Assembly: GCA_038087875.1 (NCBI GenBank)
Contig: JAXLNO010001166.1
Span: 558,001-622,000 of the forward strand
DNA length: 64,000 nucleotides
Reading direction: 5' to 3'
DNA from: Malacoraja senta
Lineage: Eukaryota
In this document: positions 44,061-56,500 of the stretch, piece by piece
Position numbering within the stretch: the first letter of the stretch is position 1
Layout: the number at the start of each line of letters is the position of its first letter
The notes under the pieces: model-generated
What the model was told of the DNA's origin: nothing
Database searches by the model: none
The model's input: the letters and a program-made list of their open reading frames with translations, nothing else
Made by a program: the position numbers and the translations under genes

Positions 44061-44660
44061 ATATCAAATTACACTGCGTTGAAACGGGCTTTTCGGCACA
44101 GCATGCCCCATCTACATTAGTCCCAACTCCCCACGCTTCGCTCATAACCCTCTAAACCTATCCTATGCATGTACCTGTCCATTGTCTGTTTATTGTTATG
44201 ATAGTACCTGTCTCAACCTCCTTCTCTGGCAGCTCGTTCCATATACCCACCACTCTTTGTGTAAAAATGTTACCTCCCAGGTTCCTATTAAATCTCCCCA
44301 CTCACCCCCTCTCACCGTAAACCGATACCCTCTGGTTCTCGAGTCCCCTATTGGGGGCAAAAAACTCATGTGCATTTACCTGATTGATTGATCTCATAAT
44401 TTTGTAAACCTCTTTCAGATCACCCCATCCTCCTGCACTCTAAGGAATGAAATCAGTGCCTTCTCAACCTCACCCTCCCTGAACATACACTCAGTGACTT
44501 GCAGAAAAGTTCAGCAAAGGAACAGACCCTTGGGCCCACACCTTCTGTTCCAAACGTGATGCCAAGTTCAACTAATCTCCTCCACCAACACATGTTCCGT
44601 ATCCCTCCTTTCCCTGCATATCTATGCCTTTCTAAAGACTTCAAATGCCATTATCAAGTC
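44060..44660 (-). mobile_element. CR1 fragments, degenerate
   Basis: cccaccactctttgtgtaaaaa...ctcccaggttccta and 3' UTR motifs. Confidence 0.6.
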
Positions 44661-46149
44661 TCCTTGTAAATCTACTCTGGACTCTTTCCAGCTGGTGTGT
44701 TAAAAACAAAGTGCATGAAGAATTCAGTGTGTCAGGCAGCATCTGTGGTGGGAATCGACTGACAAGTTTTGAAGTCACCAGTCTGAACAAGAGTTCCAGC
44801 CTGAAATGTCGTTGGTTCATTCCATCCCACAGATGTTGCCTGACCCACTGTGTTCCTCCAACAGTTTTGCTCAACGAACGAATATCTGCAGTTTCTAGTA
44901 TCCCCAGAGATCTGTTAACTGTTACCATTCATTTGCCCTATTTTATTACATTTTGTATTACATTTCTGTTAAATTATGTTGCAGTCTTGGAAATGTTTTC
45001 ACCTCAGCTGCAAACCTGCGTTCCTAGTGTACATTTCTACTTTAATCATGCTAAATTATGATCACTGCCATCAAATAACCTCATCACTACCACTATAATA
45101 CTACTCCCATCTTGCAGCCAAGCAATACCCACCATTTTCTATACAGTCGCCTTAATACAATTTCTTAAATGAATTTGAGAACCTCTGCACTCTGCTTCAG
45201 TGACAGGTAATATTAAGTGTAAATTCACAACTATTTATTGTTCTGGGGTGGGTTATTTTGCACCATATAAACAGGCCAAAATATTTCTCCCGTATCCCTA
45301 AGTTTATTTGATATACGATGATCAATACAAATCAATGGATCATTTAAATGTTTACTGTGCTGATGGGGACCATTCATCCTATCAGGCCAATGCCACCTCT
45401 CTACTGGAGAAAATCACTTGTTCAACCCCAGCCCTTCGACTGTAGTTTTGCATGTTTTTGCTCACAAATAGTTTATCCAATTCTCTCTTTGTAATGAAAG
45501 ATAAATAGGATTCGGATCAATGAACGGAGAAAGAAAATTGCAGGGGTACAAATGACTATCTTTATTACATCAAATTACAAGACAAAGCATTAAAAAAGCA
45601 ACGAATCTCATGGCTTTCAGCTCAATGTGTTAAATGATAGAAGCCGTGGCAAATACCATCAAGTCTCACAGTCTTCTGCCCATTGGAGACTCCTATTTAT
45701 GATGGCTGGTATAGAGATCTTGCGGGCCCAACCACTGTCCTTCAAAGGTTCTGCATTAAATCAAGCACCGAGCTATTCTTGCATGTCTCGGAGATAAGAA
45801 AGGTTTAACTTATCCTTTAGCTACACTAAATATCCTTGTAGGCTGCTCCATAATTTCCCAGTTATTCTAAGGTGAGCCCTCAATCATCTAATTGTTTCCC
45901 AAAGCCAGCCTACCTGCTTACCATAAAGTGCTGTTAGCAGAAAATGTAATCTTAGGTGAAAACCCCGTTTACCTTTTCCAGTGCATGAAGGGCCCAACTA
46001 CACAACATCTACATGCCATACACTTGAAATTCCAAAGGCACGTTGCATAGAATTCCTTGTCCGCTCTCAAACCCTCCAGCAAATTGAGCAGCCTCCCTAT
46101 CCATTCTTCCATTCAAAGATTGATCATTTTCCAGAGCTCGTAAGAGGGA

Positions 46150-46645
46150 GCACATAACGCCTATTCTGGCCTCCCTCCACTGGCTGCCTGTGTACTTTAG
46201 AGTTCATTTTAAGATTCTTATATTTGTTTTTAAATCTTTAAATGGTCTCGCCCCGCCTTACCTCTCTGAGCTGCTTCATCCCTACGCTCCTGCTCGGTGC
46301 CTCAGGTCAGCTGATCAGCTGCTCCTGGAGGTACCGAGGTCTAAGCGGAAGCTCAGAGGGGATAGAGCCTTCTCTGCTGCTGCTCCGACATTATGGAACA
46401 CTCTACCTTTGAACATTAGACAGGCCCCTTCACTGTCCATTATCAAAACTAGTCTTAAAACCCTTTTCTATTCCTTGGCTTTTGACCCTGCATGAGACTT
46501 TGCTCCTGTTTTAGTGTTTCTATTGTCTTTTATTGTTTTTACTGTCTTTTAATGTTTTTATTGTTTTATTTTATGTTTATGATTAGTCATGTACAGCACT
46601 TTGTTGCAACAGTGGTTGTTTTTATAGTGCTCTATAAATAAAGTT
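46150..46645 (+). mobile_element. L2 LINE 3' end
   Basis: HITPILASLHWLPVYFRVHFKIL...DRAFSAAAPTLWNTLP; aataaa(gttca)n tail. Confidence 0.88.
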
Positions 46646-47098
46646 CAGTTCAGTTCAGCTCCAAGAACTTAATATGTGATTCACCACCCTCTGACTCTTG
46701 AGATTCCTCCTTATCCCTTTCTAAAGATACATCATGTTATTCTGAGAAATGTGTTTGCCAAGACCATGGCATCTGCAGTTTTAGTCTCCTGATCTTAGGA
46801 AGAATGTTCTTGTTATGGAGGGAGTGCTGTGAAGGTTCAGCAGATTTCAGGGATGGGAGGACTAATGTATGAAGGGCGATTTGGGCGATTAGTTTTATTG
46901 TGATTAGGACCATTCAAAATCAACTACAACATTCTTATGGGTCTGTACAGATTGAAGAGAGTCAAGAGTGTTTTATTGTCATATGTCCCAGATAGTACAA
47001 TGAAATTCTTACTCACTGCAGCACAATGGAATATGTAAACATAGTACATGGTAAACAATATGAAAAACGAGAAAGAGAAAAACAAAATCAGTGTGCAC

Positions 47099-47131
<33 letters not shown>

Positions 47132-49752
47132 CACAGGCACACACACACACACACACACACATACACATATATGTGTATATATGTACGCATACATATATTC
47201 AAGAGGGAAATCCGGTCAGTTCAGGGCCCAGTGGTCGCAATCTGATGATCAGGCTTCAAGTTGAGATGAAGAGCGATTACTTCTCCCACAGAATGATGAA
47301 GGTGTGGAATGTTATACCACTGGAAGCAGTTGAACACAGATCATTGAATTTATACAAGGAGTTATATGTTATTTGTATGGTCAAAGGATCAGAGAAATAA
47401 AAGGATCAAGCTATAAATTTTAGGTCACAATTGATCACATGGAATAATAGTTGAGGCTCAAATGCCTGAATTCCTATTACTTTTATATTCTGCATTTCAA
47501 CATGTTTGTATTTATCGTGGCCACATTTCCTCTGCATCGAAGAACATGATAACTGGGATGCTTAAAAGGAACCGAGACCCTGGTGCCAATGCCTTTTTGC
47601 AGATAAGACAGATGCATACATTGGTTTGGTGTTCACAAAGCGAGGACAAATCAGAAATAATTTTCTGAACATGCCATCCATTGCTATTTCAATGTGCTTA
47701 CACAAGATGCAAAAAAATAATACTATATTAATCTATATTAAAAAATGTTTGGATAAAATAAACAAAACACGGTCATCGAATGTCCCTGGGTAAATCGTTC
47801 ACACCCTGCCCTCCACTCCTTTGAGAAGTGGCTGAAGGGTGATATTAAAATACATAAAGCTTTTAAATGAATCACTATGGTGAAAACATTTCCACCATAA
47901 AATCCAGCAGGGAATTCTACAGAGAATGCTCCCTCTCCTCCCCTCCCACCCAATGCTGGTGAGAATGGGGATCCAGATCAATGAATTGCATTTAGGGGAA
48001 GGCTGGGCAAACACAAAAGAGAAAAGAAAAGTCGGTTCTACATTGGAGAATCCAGCACAGACTTGCCAACCATGTTGCAGATCGCATAAGGTGGGAAGAG
48101 GCTCATGTGGACCATATGCACCAGTATTGGCAGGATAGGCAGAGTGGCCTGTTCCTACACACTTGTCTCCACTACAACCTTGTATTACTTTGACTGCCAA
48201 TTCATTTTTGATCATTTTGTTCCCATTCATTCTTTAAAAAATACAAAATCAACTTTGGCGTAAGATAACTGTGATTGATGCTGTTGCAAATAAATGGAGG
48301 CCTTACGTTTTCTTAACAACAATTTAATTTTGCGCCTTGCATATTATATCTTTCATATTATATCTTGCATATTCCATATATCTTGCCTTTACTTCGCAAC
48401 ATGAAGCCACTATAAAACAGGGTGCAATCCAATGTGTTTACTTGGATTTCATGCCAATCTATTTCCAAAAATCTTATACTCAATGATCTATTCATCAAGC
48501 ACATTCTACAGGCAACTATTAGTAGGTGAAATCTCAAGAGCAGAACTTGTACCAAATGAGCCACATAAAATGAACTTGATCACTGTGCCACCAATCACTG
48601 TGGACAATTTTATATTCATATGGATGATAAATTCTTTGCATTAGATTAGAAATGTACAAAGTACAAACAATCAAGACTTTTTGACATCATCAAATAACCA
48701 AGCGTTATGTAACAACATTTATTGGTGCTGTGTCTCAGACTAAATGCAGTGTTAAAACAACATATATTCTATCCAATAATGACTGTAGCTAATGGAATCT
48801 GCAACTAAAAACAGAAGACTGAAAGCATTCAATGGCTCAAGCAAATTATTGGGACAAATGGTTGATGTCACAAATAGGGTCAAGAACCTGCACCAGGCCT
48901 ATGAGGGAAGAGGATGAATTGCCAATATATAGCAATCAGGGAGGGATAGGACAGAGGCTGGTAGATCAAACGTAGAACCAGGTGGGGAGAAGATAATGGG
49001 TAGATGGAAACAGGTAGGAGAGGAGGAGGGAGAGGTGAACAACAGGAGAATAAACTGTTCAAATGAGACAGAGGTTCACTTGCACCTCTTTCAACTTTCT
49101 CTACTGCATTCATTGCTTACACTGTGGAGAAACTAGCTTAGATGTCAACCATTTTGTACAGCACATCCCTTTGAAGTAAAGATCATCCTGAGATCTGTTG
49201 TATGGTATTTTAATACCCCTTCCCACTCTCACACTGACCCATCTGTCGTTAACCTTGGGCACAGAAAGTTTTAAGTAAAATATCTCATAATCCACCTGGG
49301 TAACTTTATATGAATATAAAGTTTTCACATTTCAGCTTATCCATACCACTGGTGTTCATTTGTTCTCCCACAACCACCCCTACACCAACTTTGCTCCATC
49401 TGCCCATCATCCCCTCCCCAGCTGATTCCACCTGCCACTTACCAGCCTCTTCCCCATTCCTCCTTCAAACTGTTAGAATCTACCCATCCTCTCCTTCAAT
49501 TCTAATGCAATGCCTTGACTTGAAATGTTGGTACATGTCATTTGCTTCCACAGATGCTGTTTGACCAAGTACTTCCACTGGCCTTTCTTTAGTCTAAAAT
49601 TCTTGTTGGAAATAACCACAAAGTCTTACTGTATCTATAATTGAAACCATTTAATTGGTGCTTAGAGAGCTTTCTAAAATCATGAGGGCGATTGATCAGG
49701 ATTTATTTTACCCAGGGTAGGGTAATCAAGAACCAGCAAAAACAGGTTTAAG

Positions 49753-50378
49753 CAGTGTTCAATGCTAATTTTTTAGGTGTCGGAGCTGTCAAAGAGGGGC
49801 ATTTCAGATTTTGCTGGAGGGGGGGGGGCAAGCTAGTCTCCCTAGAGGGTCAAACAAGATTATAGCCTATTACTACATCCCAGTGTATAGCTAGTACATT
49901 AAAACATATAATACTTAATTTAATGATGACAAAATATTGCACGGTTGCACTCACTGATTATCATGAAATATAATTATGAAGCAAGTAAAGAAAAATACGG
50001 TTATCATGTATTTTTACAGAGGTGCCGGTAAACACCGACTCGCCCTGACTATCCTGCAGCTCTGGGCCTTCACACACACACACTCTCTCACCCTCACACC
50101 CATTTACCTACACACACACCCACCCACCAGAGTTCCAGGCTCAGCTCCAGGCCCACAACCACAAACGATGCACACATCACATGGTCTGTCTCTGCTGCAT
50201 CATAGTGTTCCCTCCTCCTACAGGGAACCTCAGTAGTGATGGATCTTCCCCTTACCCCTCTTTTAATCAGGTTACCCCGACCACACATCCGCTAGTTAAA
50301 ATTCCACCCTGTTTATTTTTTCTTTAACAGAGGTGCCGGATCGGTGCTCAGGTGAGCTCTGGCAGCACTGCACCCCTG
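49753..50378. mobile_element. Non-autonomous hAT-like MITE inside a CR1 fragment
   Basis: 8-bp TSD ggtttaag at 49745-49752 and 50379-50386; CAG...CTG termini with imperfect TIRs. Confidence 0.72.
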
Positions 50379-50834
50379 GGTTTAAGGTGAGGAGGAAGAT
50401 TTAGTAGGAACCTGAGAGGCAACCTTTTCTACTAAGAGGTTACTGGGTGTATGGAATGAGCTGCCAGCGAAGGCAGAATAACAACATTGAACAGACACTT
50501 GGACAGGTACATGGATAGAACATGTTGAGAGGAATGTGGGCCAAACGCTGGCAAATGTGACTAACCTAAATGTAGCATCTTGTTCAGCTTGGAACATTAG
50601 GCTGAAGTACCTACTTCCATGCTATATAGTTTCATGACTCTTTGTTAGATGAACATAAACATGGCAAATGGAGTTTAATAATGGAAAATATGTGCGCACA
50701 CACTCTGGTAAGAGCAATTAAAAGAAGCTATTATCTAAATGGAGTGAGATTGCAAATGAGTGGAGCACAAGAGATTCAAGTGCTTAAAGTGCAAAACAAA
50801 AAGCCAGCAGGTAGATGCAGCACACAACGCAGAA

Positions 50835-51450
50835 GGTGAGTAGCATATTGGCTTGTACAAAAGACTGTGGGTTAATAACTGGAAAAAGTTAATCCTAAAA
50901 TTCTGGAAAAATGCTCCAATACCAACTATAAACATGTGGATTTCAAATATGTTCGAAACATTACACCTAGAAGAGATAAGACTCCTCCTGACAGGTAAAC
51001 CAGATCACTTCCACCTGACGTGGTCTGCATTCATAGAATTATTACAAGTATAGGGTGCAAAAGTACTTAAAAAAAACAAAAAAAACTGAGGTCAGGTAAA
51101 GGGGGATGAAAGCTGGAGAGTAGGTATATCCCATTTGCGTGATGCTTATAACAAAGTATTTGTTTTTCTCTTTTTCCTCTTCTTCTTTTTTCTTCTTCTT
51201 TAGGGTCTATCTCTTAATCCTTTCTTTTTAATTTCTTTCTTACAGGGTCTTTGTTCTTTCTTGTTGTCATGTTTTTACACCTTCACTATTTTCCTTCACT
51301 TTCTCTTTTTTCTTAATCTCAACCTTTCCTTTTTATTAGTGTAAAAAATGACGGAGTACATTAATTGTAATAAGATATACGTGATGAGTACTAATGTAAT
51401 TGGTTGTAATGTAATGTACTTCTAATTTAAAAAAAATTAAAAAAAAAATT
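50835..51450 (+). mobile_element. L1 3' end fragment
   Basis: KKLILKFWKNAPIPTINMWISNMFETLHLEE (close to the L1-A C-terminus), T-rich 3' UTR, A-rich tail. Confidence 0.85.
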
Positions 51451-52149
51451 TAAAGCATATTGCCATTCAAAGTAGGTTACTATTGTAATTATGGTACATG
51501 ATGTTGCTAAGGACATATCAGGAGCACTGTGCACAGCTTGGTCCTCAAATTTAAGAAAGGATATATTAATATTGGATATCAGCTAGAAGAGATTTCTGGA
51601 ATAAGCAAGTGTTGCCTAACCATGAATGGCTGAAATCACTGGTTCTGTGTCCCTTGGAGATGACAAGAAACAGAGTTAACCTTATGAATGTATTAAAGAG
51701 GCATGATGTGCTGGTGAATTGATGGATAATGCGTGGATATATTCTAAAACAATAGGGAATTGTGTCTTATGTGGAATAAGCACAGTAAAGGAGTTGAGGC
51801 CTCAGTCATATCAGTTGTTATCAACATAAATTGCTAGATAACTCTAATTTGTACAAATGCAGGGCAGACTATTGAGAATTTCTGTCATGTTTGATAAACT
51901 TAATTTAACTCTTTCCATTTATTTCAGTTCCTGCATTTTAATCACATCCATGAAATCTTCTACTCAGCGATTGGTTAGCAGTGCACGTTCTGTTTTGGTT
52001 GAATATTTTGATAATCTGAGGGGGGAAATTAAATATTAGACAACAAAGAAATGGCATAGCAGAGAACAGAACTCAGAAAGATGCAACTAGTTTATTCGCT
52101 TTAACTGTTGATTCATCCCACATAACATCTTCCTTCCAGATATAAAGGC

Positions 52150-52390
52150 ACAGTGCCAGACTCCTGGGTTTGATCCTGACCACGGGTGATGTCTGTACGG
52201 AATTTGTACCTTCTCCCTGTGACTGCATGGGTTTTCTCCAGGTGCTCCAGTTTCCTCCCACATTCCAAAGACAGATGTGCAGGTTTGTAGGTTAATTGAC
52301 GTGTCCCTAGCTTATGTGGGTGATCATTGGTTGGTGCGGACTCATGTTCAGCACAAACGTTGTTGGACAAAGGACCTGTTCCTCTATTAC
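52150..52390 (+). mobile_element. HE1-like SINE
   Basis: cagactcctgggtttgatcctgaccacggg head and body. Confidence 0.7.
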
Positions 52391-52954
52391 AGGGGCATTC
52401 CCATTCACCGTAAAATTCAGCGAACTCAGCACCATTGGGTCACTGGAAATATTCCCTGCCTGACCATCAGATCCCTCCAGATCAGTCAGACAGACACCAG
52501 TTAGGCAGCATCTGCCTGCAAATGATTCATGTCCCTCAAACCCCTGCATCTCAATGCACCCACGAAGGTGCACCCCAGACGCCACCATCCCTGGCAGTGC
52601 TTTCCAGGCCCACACCACATAGTATGTAATAAAAACTTGCCCTTTTTAAAAAACTGCAGCTTCTACTCTGCACTGAATATAATGCAATAATTTAAATGCC
52701 ATAGTAGGTATTTGGTTAATTGGGATAATTTTAGTCAATTGGGAGGTGTGATTGCAAATCTTGTACAATATCATAAACCAAGTAAAATGTGACAAAGTCA
52801 AAATGGCCAGGCACAAAGAACAGAATAATCATGAACATCAATAACATGTCAATAACTAGACTCTCCTTGTGTAAGGCAGCATGCTGTAAGGTTGCAAACT
52901 CGTTTGCTCCCTTAACTTTTAACTTCCACTGACCACTCTTTCATTCAATCAATC

Positions 52955-53512
52955 ATTCAATCAACCTTTATTGTCATCTTGCAAGCAACAGTTGTACAGT
53001 GCAAAATGAAAAAGCGTTTCCCAGGGAATACCGGAGCATCGCACATGAAATTTAAAACATTTCACATATAATAACACTAAAAACAATCCAGTCCCTGATG
53101 GAACAGTATAAATAGTTAAAAAGTAGGTAAAACAACAACGTTAAAATACAGTAAAACCAATCATAAAGATGTCCGGGGCAGCTGATTTGAGTGGCCAGTG
53201 CCAGTTATTGAAGTGGCCAGTGCCAGTTATTAAAGTGTCCGTGCCAAGCCGCAGAATCAGGTGACTGTGAGTACAGAGTGGCTGTTTAGCAGCCTCACAG
53301 CATATGGCAGGAAGCTGTTTAGCAGTCTTGTGGTCCGGGCTTTGATGCTGCGATATCTCTTGCCTGATGGCAGGACATCCAGGTGTATGTGGAGGGGGTG
53401 CAGTTTGTCCTTAGCAATTCTCTGAGCTTTTTTCAGACAGCGGCTCTGGAACAGTTCTTGTACCGAGGGTAGGGAGACGCCAATGATCTTCTCAGCTCCC
53501 CTCACTACCCTT
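52955..53512 (-). mobile_element. Rex1/Babar-like LINE 3' fragment
   Basis: AEKIIGVSLPSVQELFQSRCLKKAQRIAKD...LPSGKRYRSIKARTTRLLNSF. Confidence 0.8.
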
Positions 53513-53514
53513 TC

Positions 53515-56500
53515 AATGTTACTGGTGACTATTTGACTTCAAGACACCGTCTAACTGTTCATAAAGTGTTGATAACACTTTTACACGCCTTAATCGTGAA
53601 AAGGATGGAGACAAGAAGGAAAGGAGGATCCCCAACGAAGGAACTGGGGAAAGCCACAACCACAGCTCCAGCTTCTGATTCCAGCATCATAGAGGCAATA
53701 TCGAAAATGAACGATGAATTGAAAAATGAGCTGAAAAATGAAATGAAAACAAGATTTGGCAGTTTGGAAGAAATGGTGAAAGGAGTTTCGACCAAATTGA
53801 AGGAAGTCCAAGGAAAACTGTCTTTGTTACAAGACGAACTTCGTGAACAAAAGGATCAAATTGATATCTTGCGCACCCTGGGACAGGAGAGAGATTTGAA
53901 GATTGAAAAATTGGAACGGAGAATGAATGAAAACACTTCAGCAATACAAGTCTAAAAATATGGACTTAGAAAACAGAAGCCGTGGTTTGAATTGACGAAT
54001 TGTTGGTTTGCCGGAAGGCCAAGAAGGAAATAACATTATAAAATATGCTTCTAAAATGATAAAGGAAACATTCAACATTGAGCACAATAAAAACCTTCCG
54101 TTCCTGGATAAGGCACACAGGATTCGGAAGAGATCCGGTAATAAACCGAGACACTTGATCATTCGGTTTCATTTTTTTCAAATGAAGGAGAATATTCTCC
54201 AGGCAGCAAAAAAGTTTGGTGTGGTTGAATATGAAGGATGTAAGTTTCGGTTTGTCCCTGATTATAGTTACGAGCTTTTGGAAATAAGAAAGACTTTTTA
54301 TAATGTAATGTCTGATTTGTATAAGAAAAACTGTGCCCAGCTTTATTATCACCAGCTAGATTGCGTATTCGGCTTTTCAATGGTAACTTTCGATTTTTTA
54401 ACAGTCCTCAAGACGCCTCCAGCTTTCTGAAGAGCTACGACGAGGAAGGGGAGTAATTGATAGCTGATTAAGTTATAATTGGAGATTTACTGTTCCTATT
54501 TTGACAACATTTTGTTTGGTAATGATTAAGAATTTAACTGGACGAGTTGTTTTTCTTTTATATATATTCTTTTAAGAATTTATTTGTTAAATCGTGTTCC
54601 CCTGTCGTTAGACAAACTAAGAGAACGCAGTTCTTGTTTTTCATATCTTGACCTTGGATAATAATAAGCCGCATTCCATGCCAGTCTGTATTTTTTTCTT
54701 CTTCTCTCTCAAAGAGATAATAACGAATGTGTTATGACGTAGTGGTTAAATATTATTATTTTTATGCTGAGCGCTGTTACTGGGAGAGATGGGATCAGGG
54801 AGGGGATTAGGTAGTTTGCTGAATGTCTTTTGGTCAGTTTGGGGTTCTACAGGGGTGGGAGGGGGGAAGGGGGAGGGGTCTTTAGTTCCCTATTTAGTGA
54901 TCTCCATTTGTGCAAATTCTGAACTACAAAATTGGCTGAAATGTCGTCACCTGGCTCCGCCCTAGATTTTTCTTCTTCCAGTATTATGAACTTTTACGCT
55001 TCAAGAAATTAACCCATTACATCCCACATGATTTTTACAAGCAATATGGATAACGTTACTAATTTCCTTTCATGGAATGTGAATGGCTTGAACCATCCTA
55101 TTAAGAGGATTTTTTTTTTAAGTGCTTCACAGACTAAATGCTCAGATTATCTTTGTTCAGGAAACTCATGTAATTCACGATTTTTCAAGTTTTGGAGAGG
55201 ACAGCAGTTTCATTCAAATTCACAGGCTAAAGGGAAAGGAGTCTCTATTTTTATTCACTCCTCAATTCCGTTTGTTCACTATGAAACAATTTCTGATCCA
55301 TATGGCAGATTCTTGGTGATTACCGGTGTCCTTTATAGGCAAAATGTCGCTATGGTGAATGTCTATGCACCAAATATTGATCACCCTGAGTTTTTTAAAC
55401 AGTTAATTGCATCCTTTCCTAATTTAAATGAACACTTTTTAATAATGGGTGGAAACTTCAATTGCTGTTTGAATCCCTCGATTGATAGGTCTACATCTGA
55501 TCATGTGCTTCCAAATAAATCAGCTAATTTTATTAATTATTTTTTACTTGACTCGGGAATATTAGAAATTTGGAGATTCTTACACGCAAATGACAACGAA
55601 TTTTCATTTTTCTCTCATGTATATCATAGTTATTCTAGGATCGACTATTTTATACTAGATTCTCGGCTAGTTCCATCGGTCATTGCATGTGAGTATGATA
55701 CAATTGCTATTTCTGATCATGCACCAGTGAAACTATTGATCAAACTACCTGATTCCAAGTTTAGTGCTAAACAATGGCCAATTAATGCTACTTTGCTTCA
55801 AGACTTAAACTTTATTAGTATGAGCTCCTAGCAGCATGGTGCGCTGACAACAACCTGGCCCTTAACTCCAAGAAGACCAAGGAGCTCATTGTAGACTTCA
55901 GGAAGTCTAGGGGCGGCATGCACACCCCCATCCACATTAACGGGAGGGAGGTGGAACGTGTTTCCAGCTTCAGGTTCCTGGGGGTCAACATCTCCGATGA
56001 CCTCTCATGGACCAACGATACCTCAACTCTGGTCAAGAAGGCTCACCAGCGTCTCTTCTTCCTGAGGAGACTAAAGAAGGTCCATCTGTCTCCTCGGATT
56101 CTGGTGAACTTCTACCGCTGCACCATCGAGAGCATCCTTACCAACTGCATCACAGTATGGTATGGCAACTGCTCTGTCTCCGACCGGAAAGCACTGCAGA
56201 GGGTGGTGAAAATTGCCCAACGCATCACCGGTTCCTCACTCCCCACCATTGAGTCTGTCCAAAGCAAGCGTTGTCTGCGAAGGGCGCTCAGCATCGCCAA
56301 GGACTGCTCTCACCCCAACCACAGACTGTTTACCCTCCTACCATCCGGGAGGCGCTACAGGTCTCTCCGTTGCCGGACCAGCAGGTCCAGGAACAGCTTC
56401 TTCCCTGCGGCGGTTACACTACTCAACACTGTACCTCGGTGACTGCCAATCACACCCCCCCCCCCCCCCCCCGGACACTCCTCCCACCAGGATTTATTAG

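Noticed and set aside
48500-48564. Signal-peptide-like MAHLVQVLLLRFHLLIVA (minus strand)
   Set aside because: Only a weak gtagaa donor and no supporting promoter or downstream alpha1 exon.
52790-52850. Signal-peptide-like MLLMFMIILFFVPG (minus strand)
   Set aside because: No splice donor after the hydrophobic stretch; AT-rich DNA readily gives such peptides.
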